64,000 nt of DNA, taken from positions 35,233 to 99,232 of the forward strand of contig JAAFKI010000175.1 of the NCBI GenBank assembly GCA_021399345.1, given 5' to 3'. The position numbers and the translations under genes were made by a program. Shown one piece after another: positions 18,507 to 28,850 of this stretch. This stretch comes from Candidatus Heimdallarchaeota archaeon (GTDB lineage Archaea; Asgardarchaeota; Heimdallarchaeia; Heimdallarchaeales; Heimdallarchaeaceae). Each line of letters begins with the position of its first letter. Position 1 is the first letter of the stretch. The notes beneath the pieces were generated by a model that had not been told where the DNA came from, searched no databases, and saw only the letters and a list, made by a program, of their open reading frames with translations.

Positions 18507-19919
18507 ATGAATAAAAAGAGAAATTTGGTTCACCCTTACATTCCAAATTCCGTTCCAGAAATAAAGAAACAAATGTTGGAAGAAATTGGTGTTAAGGATA
18601 TTGACACCCTATATGAGGACATCCCAGAGGATTTGAGATTTACAGGTGAGATGAATTTACCAGATCCCCTTCCTTCAGAATATGCTTTAGAAAGGCATGT
18701 TAGTCAACTATTAGCAAAAAATCAAACATGTCAAGAAAATCTTAGTTTCTTAGGAGGAGATTGTTGGCAACATTATGTTCCTGCAATATGTGATGAAATC
18801 AATCAACGCGCGGAATTTTTAACCGCTTATGCAGGTGAGCCCTATGAAGATCATGGAAGATTTCAAACACTTTTCGAATATGCTAGTATGATGGGAGAAC
18901 TTCTAGATATGGATGTTGTAAATGTACCAACATATGATTGGGGGCAAGCTGCTAGTACTTCTATAAGAATGGCTGCAAGAATTACAAAACGCACTGAAGT
19001 ATTAGTTGCAGAATCAATCTCACCAGATAGGTTGTTAATAATCAGAAATTACTGCAAGCCAATTATAAAAATTGAATTGGTCAAATATGATAAAAAAACT
19101 GGAAAACTTGATATTGATGATTTAAAAGCAAAAATATCATCTAATACAGCAGGTATCTATTTTGAGAATCCTTCATATCTTGGTTGTATAGAAGATCAAG
19201 GTAAGATTATCTCAGATATTGCTCATACACATGGTGCATTAAGTCTTATTGGAGTTGATCCAATTTCTTTGGGAATATTGATTCCTCCAAGTAACTATGG
19301 AGCAGATATTGTTTGTGGAGACATCCAAGGACTAGGTATGCATATGCAATATGGTGGAAGTCTTGCAGGTTTTATTGCGACTAGGGATGAAGAAAGATTT
19401 GTGATGGAGTATCCTTCGCGTCTTTTTGGGATAACTACTACAGCTGTTGAGGGTGAGCATGGTTTTGGTGATGTAACTTATGACCGAACATCCTTTCATG
19501 ATAGAATTGAAGGCAAGGAGTTCATTGGTACAGCAACTGCTTTGTGGGGGATTACTGCAGGTGTGTATTTGGCGCTAGTTGGACCACAGGGCATTCAAGA
19601 ATTAGGAAAATTAATCATGCAAAAGTCACAATATGCTATGAAGAAACTTTCAGAGATTGAAGGAGTAAGCATTCCATTCTTTACGTCATCTCACTTCAAA
19701 GAATTTGTTGTAGACTTTAGTACCTCTAGTAAAATGGTTAAAGAAGTGAATAAAGCTTTACTAGAAGAAGGAATTTTTGGTGGAAAAGATATTTCAAAGG
19801 AGTTTCCAGAATTGGGGAACTGTGCTGTTTATTGTATTACTGAGATTCATACCAAGGAAGATATTGATAGACTTGTCCATGCGGTGGATGAATGTTTGAA
19901 AAAGGAGGAACCAAAATGA
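18507..19919 (+). CDS. gcvPA: glycine-cleavage P-protein subunit 1-like (divergent)
   Basis: HPYIP, FLGG, HYVPA, EFLTAY, YFENP, GADIV.G; GGAGGT SD. Confidence 0.85.
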   Translation: MNKKRNLVHPYIPNSVPEIKKQMLEEIGVKDIDTLYEDIPEDLRFTGEMNLPDPLPSEYALERHVSQLLAKNQTCQENLSFLGGDCWQHYVPAICDEINQRAEFLTAYAGEPYEDHGRFQTLFEYASMMGELLDMDVVNVPTYDWGQAASTSIRMAARITKRTEVLVAESISPDRLLIIRNYCKPIIKIELVKYDKKTGKLDIDDLKAKISSNTAGIYFENPSYLGCIEDQGKIISDIAHTHGALSLIGVDPISLGILIPPSNYGADIVCGDIQGLGMHMQYGGSLAGFIATRDEERFVMEYPSRLFGITTTAVEGEHGFGDVTYDRTSFHDRIEGKEFIGTATALWGITAGVYLALVGPQGIQELGKLIMQKSQYAMKKLSEIEGVSIPFFTSSHFKEFVVDFSTSSKMVKEVNKALLEEGIFGGKDISKEFPELGNCAVYCITEIHTKEDIDRLVHAVDECLKKEEPK

Positions 19920-21466
19920 GCAGGAAAAACAAAGTAAGAAATTTCCACCAAGCTAAATGGGATGAACCAGTAATTTTTGAATTAAGTAACAAAGGAGAAC
20001 GGGGTATTCTATTTCCTGAGATTGAGAAAGAGATAGAAATGGATATTGGTGATGGAATCTCTAATTTACCCAAAAATATGGTAAGAGAACAACCTCCTAA
20101 TCTACCAGAGCTTTCTCAAATGCAAGTCCTAAAACACTATCTTCGATTATCACAGCAAACCCTAGGAGCTGATTTGAATGTTGATATCGGCCAAGGAACA
20201 TGTACGATGAAATATAGTCCAAAAATAAATGAAAAATTAGCTACATCTTCAAAGTTTACTGAACTTCATCCATCACAAGATGAAACCACTGTTCAAGGAA
20301 TTCTAGAAATAATCTATAAACTAGACTTATTTTTGAGGGAAATTTCAGGTTTAGACAAATTTACATTTCAACCAAGTGGGGGAAGCCAAGCAATATACAC
20401 TATTGCTTCTATTATTCATGCTCACCATGAAGCATCAGGTGAATCAGAAAAACGTGATGAGATTATTACTACGATGTTTTCCCATCCTTCAGATTCTGCA
20501 GCACCAATTGTTAAAGGTTACAAAATTATAAATATTTATCCAAATGAAGATGGCTTACCTGCTGTTGAAGCTTTAGAGAAAGCTGTTTCTAATCGTACTG
20601 CAGGACTATTAATCACCAACCCAGAAGATACAGGAATTTTTAATCCTAAAATAAGAGAATTTACACGAATTGTCCACGAGGTTGGAGGAGTGTGTGGTTA
20701 TGATCAAGCTAATGCTAATGGAATTTTAGGTATTACTAGAGCAAAAGAAGCAGGATTTGACCTTTGTTTCTTTAACCTACACAAGACCTTTTCTTCTCCT
20801 CATGGGTGTGGTGGCCCAGCAGCTGGAGCTCTTGGTGTAACTGAAGAATTTATAAAATATCTACCAACTCCTTTAGTTGAATTTGATGAAAGTAAATACT
20901 TTTTCAATTACGACGTTCCCAGAAGCATAGGTAAAGTTAGAGCTTTTTATGGCGTAGTTCCAGCGATATTGAAAGCATATTCTTGGATTATGAGTTTAGG
21001 TAGTAAAGGATTAAAAGAAGTATCTGAAGTCGCTGTACTCAATAATAACTATCTATTAAAGAAGGTGTTAGAACTTCGTGGTGCAAATGCTCCTTATGCA
21101 GAGGGAAGACACCGAATTGAACAAGTTCGTTATAGTTGGGATGAGCTTTACAGGGAAACTGGAGTTACAACAGAGGACATAACTTGTCGCATGGTTGACT
21201 TTGGCTTTCATATGTGGTCTAGTCATCATCCTTTCATTGTTCCTCAACCTTTTACTCTAGAACCTACTGAATCTTACTCCAAAGCTGAGATTGACGAATA
21301 TATTGCTGGACTAAAGAAGGTTGTAGAAGAAGCGTATGAAAACCCAGAATTAGTCAAGACTGCTCCTCATAGAAGTGTTGTTCATAAAATTAATACAGAT
21401 TCATTGAATGATCCTGCTAGATGGGCTATTACTTGGAGAGCATACTTAAAGAAAAGTAAAAAGTAA
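19916..21466 (+). CDS. gcvPB: glycine-cleavage P-protein subunit 2-like (divergent), PLP Lys in LHKTF
   Basis: GTCTMKY.P, NLHKTFS.PHG.GGP, EPTES; ATGA overlap with gcvPA. Confidence 0.87.
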   Translation: MSRKNKVRNFHQAKWDEPVIFELSNKGERGILFPEIEKEIEMDIGDGISNLPKNMVREQPPNLPELSQMQVLKHYLRLSQQTLGADLNVDIGQGTCTMKYSPKINEKLATSSKFTELHPSQDETTVQGILEIIYKLDLFLREISGLDKFTFQPSGGSQAIYTIASIIHAHHEASGESEKRDEIITTMFSHPSDSAAPIVKGYKIINIYPNEDGLPAVEALEKAVSNRTAGLLITNPEDTGIFNPKIREFTRIVHEVGGVCGYDQANANGILGITRAKEAGFDLCFFNLHKTFSSPHGCGGPAAGALGVTEEFIKYLPTPLVEFDESKYFFNYDVPRSIGKVRAFYGVVPAILKAYSWIMSLGSKGLKEVSEVAVLNNNYLLKKVLELRGANAPYAEGRHRIEQVRYSWDELYRETGVTTEDITCRMVDFGFHMWSSHHPFIVPQPFTLEPTESYSKAEIDEYIAGLKKVVEEAYENPELVKTAPHRSVVHKINTDSLNDPARWAITWRAYLKKSKK

Positions 21467-21488
21467 GAATTACAAAAGATGATTTGAG

Positions 21489-22604
21489 ATGAAAAAAGTA
21501 GGTTTAATTGTAAACCCCATTGCAGGTATGGGGGGTAAAGTTGGACTTAAAGGAACTGATGGGCAAGCCATCTTGGCAGAAGCCAAACGTATGGGAGCAG
21601 AACAAGTATCTCCTCAGCGTACTGTTAAAGCATTAGAAAGACTTATTCCACTCAAGAATGCAATTGAAATCATTACCTATCCTCAAGAGATGGGAGAAGA
21701 AGTAGCAAATCAATGTGGTTTTAATCCTAAGGTTATAGGTTCCATTACTCAAGGAATGACTTCATCAGATGACACTAAACAGGCATGTAAAGATTTGCTT
21801 AAGATGAAAATCGACCTTTTACTTTTTGCTGGAGGGGATGGAACTGCAAGAGACATTTACAATTCAATTGGAAATGAAATTGTAGTACTAGGTATTCCAA
21901 CTGGTGTTAAAATGCATTCATCTGTTTTTACCTACAATCCAATGAGAGCCGGAGACTTAGCAATGATTTACCTTCAAGGAAAAGTGAAAGAGCTAAAAGA
22001 AGCTGAAGTTATGGATGTTGATGAAGAAGCATTTAGAAATGGGTTTGTATCTGCAAAACTATACGGTTACTTGAGGATTCCATTTGGGAAAAGATATACT
22101 CAAGGATTAAAAGCAGGGAGTCCTCCAACTGAAAAATATTCTCAAGAGGCGATAGCTCAAAAAATTATAGATGATATGGAGAACGATTGTTTCTATATTA
22201 TTGGACCAGGCACTACTACCAGAACTATCATGGAAAAATTAAACCTTGATTTTACTCTGTTAGGTGTAGACCTTCTTTATAGAAAGAAATTGATAGAAGA
22301 AGACCTTAATGAGAAAAAATTGCTGGAACATATAAAAGGAAAGAAAGCAAAATTAGTCATTACTCCTATTGGGGGGCAAGGTTTCTTATTTGGTAGAGGT
22401 AATCAACAATTAAGTCCAAATGTGATTAAGGAAGTTGGAAAAGATAACATTATTGTAATAGCTACAAGCCATAAAATCAATTCATTAAATGGCCATCCGT
22501 TTTTAATAGATTCAGGAAATACCGAGCTAGATCGGTTATTGAGTGGTTATGTTATTGTCATTACTGGATATCAAGAAAGTGTTGTTTATAGAGTAATTTC
22601 GTGA
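21489..22604 (+). CDS. ATP-NAD kinase-like protein (COG3199/AcoX-related)
   Basis: IVNPIAGMGG..GLKGTDG, GGDGTARD, GIPTGVKMHS.VF, GGQGFLFGRGNQQ. Confidence 0.88.
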   Translation: MKKVGLIVNPIAGMGGKVGLKGTDGQAILAEAKRMGAEQVSPQRTVKALERLIPLKNAIEIITYPQEMGEEVANQCGFNPKVIGSITQGMTSSDDTKQACKDLLKMKIDLLLFAGGDGTARDIYNSIGNEIVVLGIPTGVKMHSSVFTYNPMRAGDLAMIYLQGKVKELKEAEVMDVDEEAFRNGFVSAKLYGYLRIPFGKRYTQGLKAGSPPTEKYSQEAIAQKIIDDMENDCFYIIGPGTTTRTIMEKLNLDFTLLGVDLLYRKKLIEEDLNEKKLLEHIKGKKAKLVITPIGGQGFLFGRGNQQLSPNVIKEVGKDNIIVIATSHKINSLNGHPFLIDSGNTELDRLLSGYVIVITGYQESVVYRVIS

Positions 22605-22676
22605 AAAACTGTCTTAACACCCTGTCCTTTATGTTTCTATGAGTTTAAATACTGATTTCAAGTTAATATTAGTAAG

Positions 22677-23627
22677 ATGTCCCGTTATGCAACGTTGCTT
22701 TTACTTCTAAAACACATGGGATTTGTTAATGGGAGAGTACAGTTTCAAAAATTAATCTTCCTTTTGGAAAAAAATTATCATATTAAGACAGAATATGACT
22801 TTATTCCGTTCAAATTTGGTCCTTACTGCCAAGTTGTACAACAGGATATCCAACACCTTATTGATTATGGGTATATAGAACACGAGGAAGTCGAAAAAAC
22901 AGGTTCAGAAGTTCTCCATCGTTATCAAATTACTGAATATGGTGAGCAATACTTGTTAGAAAACGATTTTGGTGAGATATATGACCAAGTTATTCAAGAT
23001 CTTTGTTATGATTTCAAGAATTACAGCTTACGTCAATTGATTGAATATGTTTATGATAATTATCCTGAGTTTACAACTCATTCACAAATCAAAGAAGAGT
23101 ATTTCAATCTTAAACCAAAACAAGAAGATTTTACTTCTGCAGATAAACTTCTAGAAAGGAAACCGATTATAACTCCTTCTTTCGTTAAATGGCTAGATGA
23201 AGAGATTAAAGAAACTACTAAAAAGTTAGAGGTTTCTGATGTCCCCATTGAAGAAAAAGCAGATGAACTTCTAATAGATGATTTAGTCATTGAAATGTTA
23301 GATATTGCTTATGAAGACGTTGCAACAAAAGCACAGGAAATATCTACAAAAATCATGCTAGAGAGTTATGCGGAGTCAGGCGATATCAATAATAAGATTT
23401 ATTTCATTTTAGAAATTCTTGAAACTCTGTTAAGTACTCTTCAAGAAAAGGACATCATTGGTATTTATACAGAGTTTTCAAATACTAAAACCAATATTCA
23501 AATGCTTGATGAACTAATTGCATTGCATAGGACATCACTAAAATCAGATCTTGTAAGACTATTATTCGAATTTATTGAGGATGTGGGATTTTTCTTAGAT
23601 AGTATTGATAGTATAATATCACTCTAA
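22677..23627 (+). CDS. YwgA/SocA(Panacea)-like wHTH domain plus acidic helical C-terminal domain
   Basis: GRVQFQKLIFLL, YDF....FGPY, Y.ITE.G, LIEYVY..YPEF. Confidence 0.7.
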   Translation: MSRYATLLLLLKHMGFVNGRVQFQKLIFLLEKNYHIKTEYDFIPFKFGPYCQVVQQDIQHLIDYGYIEHEEVEKTGSEVLHRYQITEYGEQYLLENDFGEIYDQVIQDLCYDFKNYSLRQLIEYVYDNYPEFTTHSQIKEEYFNLKPKQEDFTSADKLLERKPIITPSFVKWLDEEIKETTKKLEVSDVPIEEKADELLIDDLVIEMLDIAYEDVATKAQEISTKIMLESYAESGDINNKIYFILEILETLLSTLQEKDIIGIYTEFSNTKTNIQMLDELIALHRTSLKSDLVRLLFEFIEDVGFFLDSIDSIISL

Positions 23628-23660
23628 AAGTATATAAAAAAAGAAGAAAAAAGAAGAATG

Positions 23661-26363
23661 TTAGTTCTTCAGTGTAGTGCGAGCTGCAGCAAGACGAGCT
23701 ATTGGCACTCTAAATGGACTGCAAGATACATAGTCTAAACCAATTCTGTAACAGAAATCTATAGATTGTGGATCCCCGCCCTGTTCACCACATATGCCAA
23801 GTTCAAGGTCTGGGTTTGCCTCTTTTCCTTCATCTACAGTCATCTTCATCAGACGACCTACACCTGTTTCTTCAATTGAAACAAATGGATCAGACTCAAG
23901 AATACCCATTTCCATATATTTTGAGATAAATGAACCAGCATCATCTCTACTAAAACCTAATGCCATTTGATGAAGATCATTTGTTCCAAAACTAAAGAAT
24001 TGAGCACCTTTGTCTCCACCTGCAATTTCACTGCTTGTCAAAGCTGCTCTTGGTACTTCAATCATTGTTCCAACAAGATACTTAAATTCAATACCTTCTT
24101 CTTGCATCACTTCCTTGGCAACACGGTCAATAATTGTTCTTTGATGTTCGAATTCTTTTTGGAATCCTACAAGAGGAACCATTACCTCAGGAAATACTTT
24201 TTTACCACTTTTGATAACTTTAGCAGCTGCTTTGAATATTGCACGAGATTGCATTTCTGTAACAATTGGCATAGTAATTCCGAGTCTGCAACCTCTCAGA
24301 CCGAGCATAGGATTTTGTTCTTTCATTTCTCTTACAACTTCTAGCATATCAGCTGTTTCCTTGAAATCTTCATCCTTCTTACCTGCTAGTTTTGCTTCAA
24401 AAATCTCAGTCATTAATTCTTCTTCACTTGGCAAGAATTCATGTAGAGGAGGATCAATCAAACGTATAATAACAGGATAACCTTTTGAAACGTCAAATAT
24501 ACCTCTAAAATCTTCTTCTTGAACAGGCTCTAATTGATCAACATAGTGTTTTCTTTTTTCGTCATTTTTGGCTAAAATCATACCCCTGACTAAATCAAGA
24601 TTATCAAAGAACATGTGTTCTGTTCTACATAAGCCTATACCCTTCGCTCCAAACTCTAAAGCTTTTATGAACTGATCAGGTTTATCAGCATTAGCTTTCA
24701 CACCAATTTTAGCGGCTTCATCACACCAATCCAAAATAGTTTTCATTGATTCTGGTAATTCAGCGGGACGAGTGGGTAATTTGTCAGAATATATAGACCC
24801 ATCATCACCATCTATAGTAATCCAATCTCCTTCTCTAACTACTAAACCATTTGCAGTAAGTGCGCGTTTCTCCACATCAATAGATATTCCACCTTTTTCA
24901 CTACCAACAATACAAGCTTTACCTATTTGTCTAGCAACAATTGCAGCATGACTAGTTAGACCACCTTTCATTGTCAGAATACCTTCACTTGCAGCCATCC
25001 CATGGAAATCTTCAGGAGTGGTTTCAACTCTTACTAAGATCACATTTTGACCTTGTTCAGCAATTTCTTGTGCTCTATCTGCGTCAAAAATCGCTTTACC
25101 AGTTGCAGCAGCAGCACCGGCAGCTAACCCGGTACCAAGAAACTTATCCTTTACGTGTTCCTTAATTTGTTTTACTGGTGCATTTGGATCGATTTTACCC
25201 CAATCTATAGATGGGAACAAGGCGTTTTCTACATCACTTGGCTCTATTCGAAGGATTGCTTCTTCCTTGCTTATTGCACCTTCTTTTACCAAATCATAAG
25301 CAATTTGGCTTGCAGCAATACCTGTTCTTTTTCCACTTCTGGTTTGGAGCATGTAGAGTTTACCTTGTTGGATAGTGAATTCCATGTCTTGCATATCTCG
25401 GTATCTTTTCTCTAACAACTCAGAGATTTCAAATAGCTGGTTGTAAAGATCTGGCATTGTAGCTTTTAGATCTTTAATTGGTACTGGAGTACGAATTCCT
25501 GCTACAACATCTTCTCCCTGTGCATTTACTAAATATTCACCATAAAGTTTTTTCTCACCATCAGATGGATTACGTGTAAATGCAACTCCGGTTGCAGATG
25601 TTTCTCCGAGATTACCATAAATCATTGTCATAACATTAACTGCGGTTCCTAAATCATGTGGAATACCTTGATGATTCCTATAATCAATTGCTCTTCTAGT
25701 GTTCCAGCTTCTGAAAACAGCTCGAATAGCATCATCTAGTTGTTTCCTTGGATCTTGAGGAAATTCCTCTCCCATATGCTCTTTGTAAATCACTTTGTAC
25801 TTCTGTGTTAATTTCTTAAGCTCATCAGCAGGTATTTCTGTATCGTTTTCTACACCTAATTCATGTTTGAGCTTTTCCAGCTCTTTCTCAAAATGTACTT
25901 TGCTAACACCTTTCACAACATCAGCATACATGTACATGAAACGTCTATAAGAATCATAAGCAAATCTTGGATCATTTGAGATTTTAGCTAATCCTTCAAC
26001 AGAAACATCATTCAAACCTAGGTTTAACACAGTATCCATCATACCAGGCATTGAGATTCTTGCCCCAGAGCGAACTGATACAAGTAAAGGATCTTCATTG
26101 TCACCTAATTTCTTACCCATATGTGTCTCCAGAGCTTCCAAAGCTTCATCTACTTCTGCCTTTAACCCGACTGGATACTCCTCATTATTAGCAAGAAAAT
26201 GAAGACAGGCTTGAGTAGAAACAACAAATCCTGGTGGTACAGGTAAGCCTAATGAGGTCATTTCGGCTAGATTAGCACCTTTTCCACCAAGTAAGTTTTT
26301 CATATCTGCGCTTCCTTCGCAGACTTCTTTATCGAAAAATTTGTAAACATATTTTTCTGTCAT
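23661..26363 (-). CDS. ppdK: pyruvate phosphate dikinase
   Basis: LGGKGANLAEM, PLLVSVRSGA..SMPGMMDT, GGLTSHAA (phospho-His), GLCRTEHMFF, FSFGTNDL, GICGE. Confidence 0.97.
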   Translation of the reverse strand: MTEKYVYKFFDKEVCEGSADMKNLLGGKGANLAEMTSLGLPVPPGFVVSTQACLHFLANNEEYPVGLKAEVDEALEALETHMGKKLGDNEDPLLVSVRSGARISMPGMMDTVLNLGLNDVSVEGLAKISNDPRFAYDSYRRFMYMYADVVKGVSKVHFEKELEKLKHELGVENDTEIPADELKKLTQKYKVIYKEHMGEEFPQDPRKQLDDAIRAVFRSWNTRRAIDYRNHQGIPHDLGTAVNVMTMIYGNLGETSATGVAFTRNPSDGEKKLYGEYLVNAQGEDVVAGIRTPVPIKDLKATMPDLYNQLFEISELLEKRYRDMQDMEFTIQQGKLYMLQTRSGKRTGIAASQIAYDLVKEGAISKEEAILRIEPSDVENALFPSIDWGKIDPNAPVKQIKEHVKDKFLGTGLAAGAAAATGKAIFDADRAQEIAEQGQNVILVRVETTPEDFHGMAASEGILTMKGGLTSHAAIVARQIGKACIVGSEKGGISIDVEKRALTANGLVVREGDWITIDGDDGSIYSDKLPTRPAELPESMKTILDWCDEAAKIGVKANADKPDQFIKALEFGAKGIGLCRTEHMFFDNLDLVRGMILAKNDEKRKHYVDQLEPVQEEDFRGIFDVSKGYPVIIRLIDPPLHEFLPSEEELMTEIFEAKLAGKKDEDFKETADMLEVVREMKEQNPMLGLRGCRLGITMPIVTEMQSRAIFKAAAKVIKSGKKVFPEVMVPLVGFQKEFEHQRTIIDRVAKEVMQEEGIEFKYLVGTMIEVPRAALTSSEIAGGDKGAQFFSFGTNDLHQMALGFSRDDAGSFISKYMEMGILESDPFVSIEETGVGRLMKMTVDEGKEANPDLELGICGEQGGDPQSIDFCYRIGLDYVSCSPFRVPIARLAAARTTLKN

Positions 26364-26473
26364 TGAACTGACACCTTCGTCTTAAACTTCTAGTATTCAT
26401 GTTTTTAAGCTTATGATTTATCAAATTTTCTTTTGTAAGACAAAACTTAACAAATATCTCGAAAAACAAACAT

Positions 26474-27286
26474 GTGAAAAACAAACTAATTCTACTTACA
26501 AATGATGATGGAATAAAGTCTTCAGGTCTTAATTCATTAAGAAATGAACTAAGTAAAATTGCAAATGTTGTATGTTTTGCACCAGCTGAAGCTAGTTCCG
26601 CTGTTTCAAAAGCACTAACTTTTCACAAACCTATAAGATTTTTTCCAGTAACTTTTGACGATGGAACAACAGGATACAGTACAACCGGTTCCCCTGCAGA
26701 TAATGTATTAGTAGGGTTTCATGTTTTAAAAAGAAAACCAGATATCGTTGTTAGTGGAATAAATTATGGGGACAACTCATCAATTCACTCTATACTCACC
26801 AGCGGTACTTGTGCTGCGGCTTTTGAGGCATACTTTAACAATGTCCCTGCGATAGCATTCTCAGCTGATCTTTCAGAAGATTCTCAGATGATAGACCAAA
26901 GAGGTGTTGATTTTGGCAAAATAGCTAAAATTTCTGCAGAAATTGTCGATGCAGTTTTAGAATTGGACTGGCCCAAAGATTTAGCCTTTCTAAATGTTAA
27001 TTATCCAAAGGTCATATCTGACGAAACTAAGGTATATATTACATCTCCAACTCTTTACAAATACGACAATTTTATGGTTGAAAAGAAGGATCCACGTAAA
27101 CTTACTTATTTATGGTTATGGGGAGAAAAGAAAAAATCTTTTCCGGAAAATACAGATACTTGGGCAGTTGTTAATCAAAATAGTATTAGTATATCTCCTA
27201 TTGGTTTAAATTTGCATCATACAACTGATTCGGCATCAAAGTTGCTTAATATCTTACAACAGCAGATTAAGGATAATATGCTTTAA
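26474..27286 (+). CDS. surE: 5'/3'-nucleotidase SurE
   Basis: ILLTNDDG, GSPAD, VVSGINYG.N, SGT. Confidence 0.93.
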   Translation: MKNKLILLTNDDGIKSSGLNSLRNELSKIANVVCFAPAEASSAVSKALTFHKPIRFFPVTFDDGTTGYSTTGSPADNVLVGFHVLKRKPDIVVSGINYGDNSSIHSILTSGTCAAAFEAYFNNVPAIAFSADLSEDSQMIDQRGVDFGKIAKISAEIVDAVLELDWPKDLAFLNVNYPKVISDETKVYITSPTLYKYDNFMVEKKDPRKLTYLWLWGEKKKSFPENTDTWAVVNQNSISISPIGLNLHHTTDSASKLLNILQQQIKDNML

Positions 27287-27347
27287 TACATTAGACGATA
27301 GGAACTTCTTTATTCTTCCCTTTAAATACTAATATCTGGATAAGAAA

Positions 27348-28748
27348 GTGATTAGTTTGGCCATAGAATCACGTGAATATCAAAATTTTATTGTTGATAG
27401 GATTTCATCATTGGTTGAATCAAATCACAGTGTTATTCTAGAATTGGATTGTGGTATGGGCAAACGAGTCTTAATGTATCGTCTCCTTACAGAGATTTTC
27501 AAAGAAAAGAAAATAGTTGTTTTTCTACAAACCCATTCATCATTAGAGGAAACAGCCAAGTATATTGAAAATGAATATGGCGGATTAAAGGGTTTAGCTG
27601 TTATCAAAAGTGGTTCTAATTCTCAATACAGAAAATATCTCATTGAAAACAACCGTGTGATTTTATCTTTACCTATTGTATTTTCTAATACAATCCAGAA
27701 ATTTCCAGAGCTAAGTGAAGGAATTGAGATTATTATCATTAATGAAGTTGATCAAATCGTAAAAAGAATGTCTCATCGAAGAATTTTGTGTGTCCCTTGG
27801 GGGAGACTTATACCCAATTTAGATAATGCAAAAATAGTTGGGATGAGTGGTACTCTCAGAGACGATCATTTAGTCTTAGATGGCGATCAACTACAATTAA
27901 GAAATGAATTGAAAACGCTTATTGAGTTCATTCCAGACAGTGAAGTAATTACTATTGAAGACTTCATTGATACTGACATCAAGGAGCACATACAAGATAC
28001 AGAAGTCATTATTCAGCCTGTTGAAGATACAAAAACTGCTAGAATCATTAATTTACTAACTGAAAATATAGAAGAAATTAGGGAAAAAATAATTCAAGAG
28101 GTTAGTGAAACATCGCCAAAAGACAGTAATAAGTTACGCTCAAATTTCTACCATAGTCTTCCACTTCTTTCAGTTGAAACAGAACTTGTTGAAAAATTAA
28201 ATAGGCTCCTTCTCCTCAGAAAATATGTTTATTCAATGCCCGCACATACTTATCGAAATTACTTAATAAGATATGGAATTGAAAAAAGTGAACTAGATGA
28301 TTTACCTGAAATTAGTGGTAAAGAACTAGAAGTAATCAAGATAGCTAAAGAATATCAAAAAACCACAATTCTTTGTTCCTTTCTTTCTACAGTTGAATCT
28401 CTATCACAACGTCTAATAAAAGAGAATTTTGAAGTTTTCAATGTAACGGGTAAAATCAAGAATAAGATGGAGATTCTTGAAAATTTCAAGATGACAAATA
28501 AACAATCTGTTCTTATTATGTCACCTGTTGGAGAGAGAGATATAGACCTCCCTCATACTGAAATGATAATCGTTTTTGACCTAGTGAATTCTCCGAAAAC
28601 GGTTTACCAAAAGATGAAAAGAGGTCGTGGTGGCAAAGTTACTCTCCTATTTTATGATGAAACCTCTGAGAAAACGAAAGTTAAAAATGTTGTAGATAAG
28701 ATAGCTGTACGCTATCCTTGGTCTCTCATATTCTTCATTAAGAGCTAA
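27348..28748 (+). CDS. divergent SF2 (Hef/ERCC4-like) helicase-fold protein with degenerate ATPase motifs
   Basis: REYQ, LDCGMGKR, IINEVD, GMSGT, SPVGERDIDLP, QKMKRGRG. Confidence 0.75.
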   Translation: MISLAIESREYQNFIVDRISSLVESNHSVILELDCGMGKRVLMYRLLTEIFKEKKIVVFLQTHSSLEETAKYIENEYGGLKGLAVIKSGSNSQYRKYLIENNRVILSLPIVFSNTIQKFPELSEGIEIIIINEVDQIVKRMSHRRILCVPWGRLIPNLDNAKIVGMSGTLRDDHLVLDGDQLQLRNELKTLIEFIPDSEVITIEDFIDTDIKEHIQDTEVIIQPVEDTKTARIINLLTENIEEIREKIIQEVSETSPKDSNKLRSNFYHSLPLLSVETELVEKLNRLLLLRKYVYSMPAHTYRNYLIRYGIEKSELDDLPEISGKELEVIKIAKEYQKTTILCSFLSTVESLSQRLIKENFEVFNVTGKIKNKMEILENFKMTNKQSVLIMSPVGERDIDLPHTEMIIVFDLVNSPKTVYQKMKRGRGGKVTLLFYDETSEKTKVKNVVDKIAVRYPWSLIFFIKS

Positions 28749-28850
28749 TCTGAATGAACTAATATAGTCTTGATTCATAAGCTTTTTAATATATCCTAAA
28801 ACCACTTTACTGCGAGGACATTAGTTTTTATTTGGTATATAGGTGTTCAT

